A DNA stretch of 64,000 bases, from the IMG/VR virus record IMGVR_UViG_3300028393_001967, one strand, 5' to 3'. Shown here in pieces: positions 43,091 through 53,746 of the stretch (position 1 is the stretch's first letter; every line of letters begins with the position of its first letter). Origin of the DNA: a virus. The position numbers and the translations under genes are program-made. The notes beneath the pieces are model-generated. The model saw only the letters and a list, made by a program, of their open reading frames with translations. It did not search any database and had not been told where the DNA came from.

Positions 43091-43699
43091 ATGCACGATT
43101 CCGCATACAAAGCAGCAAAACTCTTTTTTGATACATACTGCGCCCGTTTAGGAAATATTTCAGTAGTTGAAATTGGATCACAAAATGTAAATGGTTCTTT
43201 GAAAGATCATATTACACCAAATGTTGTTGAATATGTTGGGGTGGATTTTGCAGCAGGCAACGGCGTGGATGTTGTATTGTCAGATCCGTTTGTATATCCT
43301 TTTGCAGATAACACATTTGATGTGTTAATAACATCGTCGTGTTTTGAACATTCTTCAATGTTTTGGTTAACATTTATGGAATGTTTACGTATTTTAAAAC
43401 CAACAGGTATAATGTATTGCAGCGCACCATCAGTTTGGCCATACCATGCTTGGCCCGTTGATTGTTGGAGATTTAATCCTGATGCAGGCCAAGGTTTAGA
43501 AACTTGGGGACGATATAATAAAATTCCTGTAAAAATGCTAGAAACATATATCTATAATGCCAATGTAAACGAGGGAGGCTGGGTTGATTGGAATTCTGTT
43601 TTTATCAAAGATCAAGCCTACGAAAATTTACACCCATCTAGAATGCTAACCAAATTAGTTAATGATACTAGAGTTTCTTTTCCAAAAATTAATCAATGA
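43091..43699 (+). CDS. class I SAM methyltransferase
   Basis: VEIGSQNVNGS, CFEH, YHAWPVDCWRF. Confidence 0.85.
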   Translation: MHDSAYKAAKLFFDTYCARLGNISVVEIGSQNVNGSLKDHITPNVVEYVGVDFAAGNGVDVVLSDPFVYPFADNTFDVLITSSCFEHSSMFWLTFMECLRILKPTGIMYCSAPSVWPYHAWPVDCWRFNPDAGQGLETWGRYNKIPVKMLETYIYNANVNEGGWVDWNSVFIKDQAYENLHPSRMLTKLVNDTRVSFPKINQ

Positions 43700-46600
43700 A
43701 TATAAAAATTAATTTGCCTAAAATAGCAATATTTTATCATTTGGGCCAATTGGGAAATTGGGAGGAACTGTATTTAGAGCATATGAATCTTCTCGTTGCC
43801 AACGGATTGTATGATGCTTGTGAATTTATTCACATAGGCATCAATGGCAATTTACCATTACCAAAAGTTTTTAATAAATCGAGAATTAAATATAATTCAG
43901 ATCATGTGTTGGAAGCCAACACCTTAGAATCTTTGTGGAATTTTAGCCAAGAAAATCGTGATTATAAGATTTTGTTTTTTCATAGCAAGGGTGTTACACA
44001 CGGTATAAATTCTCCTTTTAACGATAATGTTATTGCTTGGAGAAAATATTTAGAATATTTTAATATAGTAAACTGGAAAGATAGTGTACAATATCTCAAT
44101 GAATACGATTGTACAAGTGTAGAATTGCTGGATACGTCTTACCACAACGATATTGTAATACCTGGATTATTTTACGCAGGCAATTTTTGGTGGGCAAATA
44201 GCCAGTATATTTCTACATTAGATACAAACTTTTTATACGACAACACTAACGGTCTAGCACGGTGGCAAAGTGAGAAATGGATAGGGACTGGTAATCCCCG
44301 CGCTCATTCACAATTTAATTTTAATTGCGTAGAATATTACAATTTTAATTACCCAAAAGAATTTTATATAAAACAAGAAATGACAGATAATCAAACAATA
44401 CAAACTAACTGTGAAGATAAAATTGTAGAAATACTTAATAAATTTCAAATTAATGGTTGGGGAAATAATTTAGAAAACGGCACAGATAAAGCAGACTGGC
44501 ATTCTTATGATAAACTATATGGGAAATATCTTAACAATTATATAGATAAGAAAGGCACGCTACTGGAGATTGGCGTTTGGGGTGGTGGATCTTCAGTTTT
44601 ATGGAGTAATTTACTACCTAATTTTGATTTTTGTTTAGTTGATATAGAAAATAAATTATCTATTAAAAATAGACAAAATTTAGATTTTACCAAAACTAGA
44701 TATATTATCACTGATGCATATCACATAGAAGTAAAAAATCAAATTAAAGATTTATATCCCCAAGGATTTGATGTTATTATTGATGACGGGCCACATACAG
44801 TGGAAAGTCAAATAAAATGTGTTGAATTATATTTAGATACGCTGACTGACAATGGTGTTTTAATTATTGAAGATATTACAAGTACTGAAAATCTTCAACT
44901 TATTATAAACTCTATACCTAAAAATTACGATTATGTTGTAGAAGATTATAGGCACCTCAAAGGCCGATTTGATGATTTGGCAATAGTTATTAAGAAAAAA
45001 ACATTGAGCAAAAAACCTAAAATTGTAATGAATACAATGTTTAGGAACGAAGCAACTGTTATAAAAAGAATGCTCGAATCTTGCTACAAATATATAGACT
45101 ATTATGTAATACAAAATAATGGTTCAACTGACGGTACCGACGAAATTGTTCGAGAATTCTTTGCTGATAAAAATATTCCTGGTATATTATACAATGTTGA
45201 AGAGGGTTGGCAAGGATTTGGATGGAACCGAGATCATTTGATGCAGTACACACAAAATACCAATCATGGGTGTGATTGGATCTTAAAAATGGACTGTGAC
45301 GAAGTATTAGAGGTTGACGAAGACATGGATTGGACACCATTTGAAGATTTGTCAATCCATTCTTTCCATATTACTGCTATTACAGGTAGCTCAATTTATT
45401 ATCGTGCTTGGATGTGGAATGCACATATGCCCTGGAGATTTAACCACGATCCCTGTCACGAAACAAGCTATTGCCCTATTGAAGGTATTGGCGAAAATTT
45501 TCAAAGATATGATTTACCTAATAAAATTAGACAAATTGGATTTCCACAAGGACAAAGTTGGAGCAACCCTACTAAATTTATTAGCGATGCATTGATTCTT
45601 GAAGAAAAGATGATCAAGGAAAATTCTATATTAACTGACTTGTATCACTTTTGGTATATTGGCAAGAGTTATCATGATGCTCGTCAAGGATCGTTTCCTC
45701 TAGGTAGTTCACAACAGATAGAATTTTCTAGACGTTGTATCTATTATTTTACTGAATATTTGAACACCACTCACGATTTTAGTAATACCAAAACTGCTAA
45801 CGGTATTCACGAAATGGCCTATATGGCATTGATATTTTTAAGCTCTGATCAAAAGTTTATTGGCGATATTGATAGTGCTATTGAAAATTTAATATTAAGC
45901 GAACAATTTGCGCCTGAGCGCAATGATCATTTAGTTGCGTTGGCAGAGATTTATAATCAACAACAACAATATGATAAGATGCTAGAAATTACAACTAGAT
46001 TAGTTGATCCAAATAGAAAGAATCCGTTTCCTACATACCATCTAATGATTAATTCTAACGCTTATGTTGACACTGGAAATTATGTGCAATCACTCCATGA
46101 TATTGCAAAATCAAACTTACCACAAAAATTAAATCCATTTATGATTAATACACAATTAGATAAAAAATTGTTTGTAGTAGACAACTTTTATTCAAATCCA
46201 GATCAGATTAGAGAATTTGCTTTGAATGTAGAATTTAAGGAAGATATTAAATGGTACAAGGGAAAGAGATCTACGCAGCATTACCATCCACCAGGCATTG
46301 TGGAAGCATTTGAAAATATTATAGGACAAAAAATTGTTAAATTTGATCAATCTATGCCTAACGGTTGTTTTCAAATAACCACAGCAAATGACCCACAAGT
46401 TTATCATCACGATTTACAAAAGTGGGCTGCTATGATTTATTTGACACCTAATGCTCCTATTGAAAGCGGAACAAGATTAATGCGTTCAAAAATCAATCAA
46501 GCCGCACATATGAATGATCCAAATATCAATGATGCATTTAGTGGGGGATTTTTAGATGCTACAAAATTTGAAGTTGTGGCGGACGCAGGAAACCTGTATA

Positions 46601-46704
46601 ATAGACTTGTTATAATGGATGCACAAAACATTCATTCAGCAGGAACTTACTTTGGACAAAACAACGACACTGGTCGTCTAACTCACTTATTCTTCTTTGA
46701 TTAA
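43696..46704 (+). CDS. multidomain GT-like + methyltransferase + GT2 + TPR-like + 2OG-Fe(II) oxygenase-like protein
   Basis: HSKG/GNFWWA; LEIG/IIDDGPH; GSTDGT/MDCDE; VVDNFY..HHD..H..RLTHLFFFD. Confidence 0.8.
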   Translation: MNIKINLPKIAIFYHLGQLGNWEELYLEHMNLLVANGLYDACEFIHIGINGNLPLPKVFNKSRIKYNSDHVLEANTLESLWNFSQENRDYKILFFHSKGVTHGINSPFNDNVIAWRKYLEYFNIVNWKDSVQYLNEYDCTSVELLDTSYHNDIVIPGLFYAGNFWWANSQYISTLDTNFLYDNTNGLARWQSEKWIGTGNPRAHSQFNFNCVEYYNFNYPKEFYIKQEMTDNQTIQTNCEDKIVEILNKFQINGWGNNLENGTDKADWHSYDKLYGKYLNNYIDKKGTLLEIGVWGGGSSVLWSNLLPNFDFCLVDIENKLSIKNRQNLDFTKTRYIITDAYHIEVKNQIKDLYPQGFDVIIDDGPHTVESQIKCVELYLDTLTDNGVLIIEDITSTENLQLIINSIPKNYDYVVEDYRHLKGRFDDLAIVIKKKTLSKKPKIVMNTMFRNEATVIKRMLESCYKYIDYYVIQNNGSTDGTDEIVREFFADKNIPGILYNVEEGWQGFGWNRDHLMQYTQNTNHGCDWILKMDCDEVLEVDEDMDWTPFEDLSIHSFHITAITGSSIYYRAWMWNAHMPWRFNHDPCHETSYCPIEGIGENFQRYDLPNKIRQIGFPQGQSWSNPTKFISDALILEEKMIKENSILTDLYHFWYIGKSYHDARQGSFPLGSSQQIEFSRRCIYYFTEYLNTTHDFSNTKTANGIHEMAYMALIFLSSDQKFIGDIDSAIENLILSEQFAPERNDHLVALAEIYNQQQQYDKMLEITTRLVDPNRKNPFPTYHLMINSNAYVDTGNYVQSLHDIAKSNLPQKLNPFMINTQLDKKLFVVDNFYSNPDQIREFALNVEFKEDIKWYKGKRSTQHYHPPGIVEAFENIIGQKIVKFDQSMPNGCFQITTANDPQVYHHDLQKWAAMIYLTPNAPIESGTRLMRSKINQAAHMNDPNINDAFSGGFLDATKFEVVADAGNLYNRLVIMDAQNIHSAGTYFGQNNDTGRLTHLFFFD

Positions 46705-46705
46705 A

Positions 46706-47977
46706 ATGAAACAATTAAAATATAGCATTATCACAGGCGAGCATAGTCCTGAAAACATTCCGTTTTTAATAGAACTGTATGATTCTCTACTAGCACAAAC
46801 TTACAATAACTGGGAATGGATTATTTTAACTAATAACAAATGTCTCCCTGCACATATTCCAGAAACAATACGCAGCAATAATAAAGTTAAGGTAGTTGAT
46901 ACTAGAATTCCAATTAAAAATATTGGTATGGCTAAAAAAATGGCTTGTTTGGAGGCCACTGGCGATGTTTTAGTTGAAGTTGATCACGACGATATGTTAA
47001 CACCTGATTGTTTGGCAGAATTAAACATAGCGTACCAAGATGATGAAGTTGGGTTCGTCTATAGTGACAATGCCACGCTAGACATGAATAAAGATTTTAT
47101 ACCATATATTAAAGAAAATGGATGGACTTACACCAAATATAATTTTAGAGATCGTGAATTATATTCTATGAATAGTTTTAAACCAACAAGTCAAAGTTTT
47201 TGTTATATTTGGTTTGCCCCCGATCACGTTAGATCTTGGAGAACAACTGCCTATTTTGAAGCTGGCGGATATGATGAAAACGCATTTGTCTGTGAAGATC
47301 ACGACTTATGTATTAGGACATACTTAATAACTAAAACTGTCCATATTCCCAAGGTATTGTACATTTATCGAGTTACAGGTGTTAATACATCTATGACAGA
47401 ACGTAACGCAGAAATCCAAGTTAGAACCAAAGAACTGTTTAATCAATACGCTCGCAAATTGGCCGAGCGTGATGCAGATCTAAAGGGCCTAATGAAAGTA
47501 GATATTGGAGGAGGGTTAAATCCATATCCTGAATATTTCTCTATTGATTTACGAGATACTGCGGATATGAAAGCAGACTTGAATGACGGGATTCCGTTAC
47601 CTGACAATTCAGTTGGAGTACTGAACGCTAGTCACATTATTGAACATTTGTACGACAAAACTAAAATTATGAGTGAAATACATCGTGTATTGGCACACGG
47701 CGGGTGGGCATTCATTGAAGTACCTAGTACAGATGGTCGTGGAGCATTCCAAGATCCCACGCACGTTAGCTATTGGAATGAAAATTGCTTCTTATATTAT
47801 ACAGATGCATATATGGCTAATTTTATTGACAATACCACAATTAGATTCCAAGAATATCGAAGAGAAACTTATTTTCCCAACGAATGGATGGAGAATATGA
47901 AAAGCTGTGTAACTAGTGCTTGGTTAGTAGCAATTAAAGATGATGGAGAAAGATTTCCAGGATCGTTAAAAATTTAA
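46706..47977 (+). CDS. GT2 glycosyltransferase fused to methyltransferase
   Basis: EVDHDD, EDHDL; DIGGG, SHIIEH, AFQDPTHVSYW. Confidence 0.82.
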   Translation: MKQLKYSIITGEHSPENIPFLIELYDSLLAQTYNNWEWIILTNNKCLPAHIPETIRSNNKVKVVDTRIPIKNIGMAKKMACLEATGDVLVEVDHDDMLTPDCLAELNIAYQDDEVGFVYSDNATLDMNKDFIPYIKENGWTYTKYNFRDRELYSMNSFKPTSQSFCYIWFAPDHVRSWRTTAYFEAGGYDENAFVCEDHDLCIRTYLITKTVHIPKVLYIYRVTGVNTSMTERNAEIQVRTKELFNQYARKLAERDADLKGLMKVDIGGGLNPYPEYFSIDLRDTADMKADLNDGIPLPDNSVGVLNASHIIEHLYDKTKIMSEIHRVLAHGGWAFIEVPSTDGRGAFQDPTHVSYWNENCFLYYTDAYMANFIDNTTIRFQEYRRETYFPNEWMENMKSCVTSAWLVAIKDDGERFPGSLKI

Positions 47978-47979
47978 TC

Positions 47980-48012
47980 AAAACAAAGCCCCATTAACTG
48001 GGGCTTTGTTTT
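47980..48012. terminator. bidirectional terminator
   Basis: AAAACAAAGCCCCA-TTAAC-TGGGGCTTTGTTTT between convergent genes. Confidence 0.85.
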
Positions 48013-48024
48013 GAGCGTAATCAA

Positions 48025-48405
48025 TTAAGATTTTTTAGCACGTGGCTTTTTAGCAGCAGGTGTTGCTTTAGTTGCCGCAGGTACTTTAGTAGATTTAGCA
48101 GCCGAAGCCTTAACAACTTTAGCAGCCTTAACTGGTTTAGCAACAGGTTCTGCTTTAGGGGCACGTGGTTTACGTGGTTTTTTGGCAGGTGCCACTTCAA
48201 CAACTGGATCAGGAGTTGCTTCAACAACTGGTGCAATTTCAACAACTGGAGTTGCTTCTACTACAGGTTCAGGTGTTTCAACAACTACTGGAGCAGGCTC
48301 AGGAACTTTGTAAGGTGCAGGTGTTTGTTCAACAACTGTCTTCTTACGAGATACCAAATACCAACTTACAAGCGCGATAAAAATAAGACCAACAATAAAT
48401 TCCAT
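48025..48405 (-). CDS. membrane-anchored Pro/Ala/Lys-rich protein
   Basis: MEFIVGL TM segment, PVVE repeats, basic tail; AAGGA RBS. Confidence 0.75.
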   Translation of the reverse strand: MEFIVGLIFIALVSWYLVSRKKTVVEQTPAPYKVPEPAPVVVETPEPVVEATPVVEIAPVVEATPDPVVEVAPAKKPRKPRAPKAEPVAKPVKAAKVVKASAAKSTKVPAATKATPAAKKPRAKKS

Positions 48406-48584
48406 GATATGGATTCCTTTTAAAATGTACATATATTTAACTACCGATAAATATCTATATGCAAAAACTGAAGTCAAGTGCCAATTTACCTTTAAACCAC
48501 ATTGGCTGTATTGCGCAAAGACAGGGAAAGTTCGCAATTAGGGGTCCTTGGATGCCCTGTTAACCACTTGACACTAATATTTAT

Positions 48585-49136
48585 ATGTACAATTTTATCA
48601 AATTATTAAACGAGTCGACTCCAAAAAAGAAATTGGTACAAGTGTCGTTGCCATATCCCAAAGGCGGTTTAGGTCGCAGTCAAAGTAAACAAACTATTGA
48701 ATATCATTTTGGTCAATTATACAAAGGATATGTAGACAGATTTAATGCGGGCGAAGGTGATGCAGATTTTAACGAAGCAGGTGCCTTTTTACACAGCATA
48801 TATTTTCCACAATTAAGACCTCCTAAAGGAAATAACAAACCTACAGGTACAATTTTAGAATTTATCGATAAAAATTTCAAAAGTTGGGATAAATTCAAAG
48901 ATGATTTTAAAGATGTTGCAATGAAAATACAGGGCAGCGGATGGGTTTATTTGAGTACAGATGGCAAAATCAAAACTATTGTTAATCACGAAATCAAAAA
49001 TGATATACTGATATTAGTAGATTGGTGGGAACACGCCTGGGCACTAGATTATCAAAGCCACAAGGAAAAATATTTGGAAAATATTTGGAAAATTATGGAT
49101 TGGGATAGAATAAACGTAAAAATGGAAAGCGTTTAA
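48585..49136 (+). CDS. Fe/Mn superoxide dismutase
   Basis: QGSGWVYL, DWWEHAWALDY. Confidence 0.85.
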   Translation: MYNFIKLLNESTPKKKLVQVSLPYPKGGLGRSQSKQTIEYHFGQLYKGYVDRFNAGEGDADFNEAGAFLHSIYFPQLRPPKGNNKPTGTILEFIDKNFKSWDKFKDDFKDVAMKIQGSGWVYLSTDGKIKTIVNHEIKNDILILVDWWEHAWALDYQSHKEKYLENIWKIMDWDRINVKMESV

Positions 49137-49168
49137 AGATACAAATTAACATCATAAATGGAGGATGT

Positions 49169-49393
49169 ATGTCCAACAACAATGTCGAAGCCGTCGTAAC
49201 AATTGAAGAATACGATGAGGAAAATGATTACGGTCCTGATGATTTTGGATTTGTATTGGGACCAGATGGGGAATTAAAAAGTTTTATGATTCCCGAACAT
49301 TTGATGGAAGACCCCCCAGAAGAAGTATTAATGATTTTAAGTATATTTGGCATAGATAATATACATGAATTAGAAAACAAAACTCTACATTAA
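49169..49393 (+). CDS. acidic hypothetical protein
   Basis: GGAGG RBS. Confidence 0.7.
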   Translation: MSNNNVEAVVTIEEYDEENDYGPDDFGFVLGPDGELKSFMIPEHLMEDPPEEVLMILSIFGIDNIHELENKTLH

Positions 49394-49448
49394 ATTCAGT
49401 AAGTTCTTTAGGTAAATACATCTATACCTATGGAACACCATTTGAAAA

Positions 49449-52400
49449 ATGTCTAATTCAGAAACAACTAAGGCCGTACCGTCTTCATTAAAAAAAATAG
49501 ACCTAGTAGATAATGCAACGGGATTGATGCCCACAGCAATACCATCTGCAGGAACAGTGACCCCGCCACAGATTGCTACTGCCTATGGGATACCTGCAAG
49601 TGATGGTGCAGGAATCAAAGTTGCCATTATTAGCTTAGGGGGCGGCTTCCTACAAAGTGATCTTAATAAATCATTTGCAGATTTACGAACTGCTGGACTT
49701 ATTAATTCAACAGTTGTTGCTCCAACCATTAAACAGGTGTTAGTAGATGGCAGTAGTGGAAATTTTTATAGTAATATAAATTACAGCGGAGAAAATACCG
49801 TAGATATCTTTTGCGTGGCTACCATGGTGCCAGCTGCTGATATTACAATTTATATAGGACAGAATAGCTACATTGGGTGGCGAAATGTAGTTGCCCGTGC
49901 AATCAGCGACGGAAATCACATACTTACTATTAGCTGGTGTACAACTGATGCTACGTTTTTAGAATCTACACTTGCCACGGCGGCTGAAAATAAAATTGCA
50001 GTATGTGTAGCTTCTGGCGATTGGGGATCAACACTTGATGGATATCCAACATTAGAGACGATGTATCCAGCTTCAAGCCCTAACGCAATATCCATTGGCG
50101 GCACACATTTATATTTGAATCCAGATAATACTCGAGCAAATGAAACAGATGATAATAGAGATCCCAGTTTTGGTAACGGCTGGGGCGGTGGTGGTGGTGT
50201 TAGTGCATTATTTTCACGACCTAGTTGGCAAGCTGGATTATATTATACACCTATTATTAACGGCGTAACTGGCAATCCAACCGTTTTATCAATGCGTGGT
50301 GTGCCAGATATTTCTGCACCAATGAATGCATATTCTTTGTATTTTAATGGCAGTGTGACAGGATACGGGGGGACTAGTTTAGCAAGCCCCACAGTTGCAG
50401 GTATACTTGCCCGTATGCAAAAATTAACAGGAATACAGCGATCCAGTGCTGAATATAATGCGATATTCTATGCTAGTACTGGATCGTTCTTTGATATTAC
50501 TGTAGGAACAAACAACGATCAAATTACTAGTGGATATGCTGGTACAGCAGGTTGGGACGCCGTCACCGGGTTAGGTCCTCCCATTGGTACAAGTTTACTA
50601 GATAGTTTAACCCCACCAATATCTTATCCCGTAGACCAAACTGTATTAATTAACTCTACTAATAATTTAATCACTACTAATATTACTGGTGTATATACAT
50701 CTATTTCTACAACCAATCCTTCAAACGGTACAATATCAGTTTCATTAGGCAAACATCTTTACTATACTCCAGACTTAAATTTTTCAGGTTTTGATAATTT
50801 TACTTATTCGGCAGTTAGTCCAGCAGGAAATTCATCTTTTAGTAACATATTAATACGTGTAGTATCCCCTACACCAGAAGTCCCAGTTACATTAACTTCA
50901 GAAGTAACGGTATTATCAAATTCAAGTAACAATATTATACAATTAAGATCTATCAATAATCCAACATCGTTTAATATTGTGTCTGCGCCCAACTACGGCA
51001 TTGCTACAATTTTAGGCCAAGAATTAGTATATACACCGCGGTATAGTTATTACGGGGCAGACTATCTACAATTTACTGCATCTAATTCTTATGGAACTTC
51101 AAATATTAGCACAATATTAATAACAGTGCTTCCTGGAATTCCAACTACATCCATTTCAAGTCAAACTGTTGCATTTAATTCCTTCAATACTCCAATTAAT
51201 TTAATTGTAGATGGAATTTATACAAACATTGGTATCAGTGTCTCCCCGTCACACGGTACAGTAAATATTTTTGGTACAAACATATCTTATGTGCCAGATC
51301 CTCAATATCAAGGTTTTGATAGTTTTAAATATTATGTATCAAATGTTTCCGGACATTCAAACAGCTCTACAGTATTTTTAAATGTTGCAGTTCCTGTAAT
51401 TGTTGCATTACCAAGCTCAGGAGAATTAACAAAGGGAGTAGTTAATACATCATATCCGCCAATAACCTTATCTGCATCTGGAGGGTTGGCCCCATACAGT
51501 ACAGCAGTAATCAAAGGATCGTTACCCCCAGGAATTACATTAAATTCAAATGTTATAAGTGGTATTCCAACTAGGGCAGGTTTATATCAGTTTACTATTG
51601 CAATTACAGACAGTAATTCCCCCAATCATTTTACAGTATACAACAATTATACCCTATCAATTTACGCATCTGCACATACCAACAAATTTCAATGGTTTAC
51701 AAATCCGGGTCTCTTAACTACCGCAACTAGTGGGGTATTCACCAGTACTATAGTGGAGGCCTCGGACATCAATGCCACATATAAATTATTAGCAGGTACA
51801 TTGCCGCCAGGTCTTACATTTCAATCAAATGGATATATTTCTGGAACGCCAACACCAGTAATTAATTTAGAAAGACATAAATTTGTAGTTAGAGCATCTA
51901 TTTTACAAACAATAATAGATAGTACGTTTATTATTGATGTTAATGCTGTAAGTGCCCCAATTTGGTCATATGGGACTAATCCATTTGAATTAAGAACAGT
52001 TGACAATAATATTTTTATTGATCAAGAATATGTTAATATTCCATTAATTGCTACCCCACCTACAATTGCCCCTACAAATTATCCAATTACTTATAAATTA
52101 TCATCTAATTATAATACGTTACCTAGAGGATTAACTATATCATCAAATGGCGTTTTATCTGGATATTTGTCAACTGACACTAACCCAGGTACACTTGATA
52201 GATATACATTTTCAGTAACAGCTAGTAACAACAATTATTCCAGTACTCAAACATTTATTATGCAAGTGCAGAATGTATATAGCAATTTAAATCAAATTAT
52301 TACTCCTATATTTGCAAATCCATCGTTTTTAGGCGTTTTTAGCGATCGAGAAAATCAATATATTCCAGTAACTGCATATGATCCATACCCAATACTTGGT

Positions 52401-53690
52401 CCTATAACTTATACTACTGGTACAAATACTGTCCTACCATCTGGGTTGAATTTAGATTCCAGTACAGGTTTTTTGTATGGATATGTTTCCACACAAACTG
52501 ATTATTTGGTAACTTATCCCGTAAGTATAATTGCAACCAAAAAAAATTCACGCACTGGGGTAAGCACTATTGCCAAAAATACATTTACATTGACAATAGT
52601 ACATAAAGATTTTGATAAAATAAATTGGATCACACCCGAAGATTTGGGAACAATTATAAATGGAACGCCCAGTACATTAAAAGTAGAAAGTACACAAACT
52701 TCAAATATATATCCATTACAATATGGGATTGATTCTGGTAAATTACCCGACGGATTAACCCTATACCCTGATGGAAATATAATTGGTACTCCTATTTCCA
52801 GCGGAGTATATACTGCTACTATTATTGCTAGTCCAGCACCATACGGGTTCAATTCAGTTAAACCTGATACTATTAATTTTCCTTTTGAATTAAATCTGCG
52901 CACATTCAAACTAACCGTAATAGACGCAGCTACGCCCTATACAAACATATATGTAAAACCATTACTAAGTATTGAAAAACGAAACGAATACAATAATTTT
53001 ATTACAAATACCGATATGTTTCCACCCAAGTTATTGTATCGAGCTAATGACCCCAATTTTGGGGTGCAGAAAGATCTTAAAATGTATTTAGAATATGGCA
53101 TACAAAAATTTATAAGTGCTGCAAGTTATGCACCTGCATTAGAACGTAATTTTTATAATAGATCATTTAACTATGGAAATATTAAATCACTTACTACCTT
53201 AGACAATGCAGGAAACCCAATTTATGATTTAGTATATGTTGAAATAGTGGATTCATTAGATAATATTAGTTCTGAAATAAAACCACTGCCATTGGTTGCT
53301 ACCACGTCAACTAATAGTGGTGTTACGGTTACCTTTCCAGATGGCGGCGGTGGTGCCAATATTGGCCCGTGGTTCCCCAGCGCCCCTAAGCCATCATTAT
53401 ATCCTAGTAGTATTCAAAATATGAGGAAAAATTTGGAATCAGTTGCTACTGTAAACCCCGAAGTTGCACCACTGTTTGTAAAAACTGCAACTGCCCTTGG
53501 CTTAGGATGGTTAAATATTGTGGTACTATGTTATGCATTGCCTGGAAAAGGTTTTAGGATTGTTAATAAACTTAAAACTTTTGATTTTAACCATTTTGAG
53601 TTTTATATAGATCGTATTACGATAGAAAGTACATTAGCTACCAAAACTATAGAACCAGTATCCTTAATATTTCCAAGGAAAACAATTTAA
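49449..53690 (+). CDS. S53 (sedolisin) peptidase fused to tandem Ig-like domains, probable virion protein
   Basis: ENTVD, ASGDWG, GGTSLASP, GWDAVTGLG; YTP..G.D.F.Y and LPPGL..G.ISGTP repeats. Confidence 0.8.
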   Translation: MSNSETTKAVPSSLKKIDLVDNATGLMPTAIPSAGTVTPPQIATAYGIPASDGAGIKVAIISLGGGFLQSDLNKSFADLRTAGLINSTVVAPTIKQVLVDGSSGNFYSNINYSGENTVDIFCVATMVPAADITIYIGQNSYIGWRNVVARAISDGNHILTISWCTTDATFLESTLATAAENKIAVCVASGDWGSTLDGYPTLETMYPASSPNAISIGGTHLYLNPDNTRANETDDNRDPSFGNGWGGGGGVSALFSRPSWQAGLYYTPIINGVTGNPTVLSMRGVPDISAPMNAYSLYFNGSVTGYGGTSLASPTVAGILARMQKLTGIQRSSAEYNAIFYASTGSFFDITVGTNNDQITSGYAGTAGWDAVTGLGPPIGTSLLDSLTPPISYPVDQTVLINSTNNLITTNITGVYTSISTTNPSNGTISVSLGKHLYYTPDLNFSGFDNFTYSAVSPAGNSSFSNILIRVVSPTPEVPVTLTSEVTVLSNSSNNIIQLRSINNPTSFNIVSAPNYGIATILGQELVYTPRYSYYGADYLQFTASNSYGTSNISTILITVLPGIPTTSISSQTVAFNSFNTPINLIVDGIYTNIGISVSPSHGTVNIFGTNISYVPDPQYQGFDSFKYYVSNVSGHSNSSTVFLNVAVPVIVALPSSGELTKGVVNTSYPPITLSASGGLAPYSTAVIKGSLPPGITLNSNVISGIPTRAGLYQFTIAITDSNSPNHFTVYNNYTLSIYASAHTNKFQWFTNPGLLTTATSGVFTSTIVEASDINATYKLLAGTLPPGLTFQSNGYISGTPTPVINLERHKFVVRASILQTIIDSTFIIDVNAVSAPIWSYGTNPFELRTVDNNIFIDQEYVNIPLIATPPTIAPTNYPITYKLSSNYNTLPRGLTISSNGVLSGYLSTDTNPGTLDRYTFSVTASNNNYSSTQTFIMQVQNVYSNLNQIITPIFANPSFLGVFSDRENQYIPVTAYDPYPILGPITYTTGTNTVLPSGLNLDSSTGFLYGYVSTQTDYLVTYPVSIIATKKNSRTGVSTIAKNTFTLTIVHKDFDKINWITPEDLGTIINGTPSTLKVESTQTSNIYPLQYGIDSGKLPDGLTLYPDGNIIGTPISSGVYTATIIASPAPYGFNSVKPDTINFPFELNLRTFKLTVIDAATPYTNIYVKPLLSIEKRNEYNNFITNTDMFPPKLLYRANDPNFGVQKDLKMYLEYGIQKFISAASYAPALERNFYNRSFNYGNIKSLTTLDNAGNPIYDLVYVEIVDSLDNISSEIKPLPLVATTSTNSGVTVTFPDGGGGANIGPWFPSAPKPSLYPSSIQNMRKNLESVATVNPEVAPLFVKTATALGLGWLNIVVLCYALPGKGFRIVNKLKTFDFNHFEFYIDRITIESTLATKTIEPVSLIFPRKTI

Positions 53691-53746
53691 CCTAGTTTTT
53701 AAAATTTAATAAATACAATATCAAAATTAATTAGGTTACCCAATTT

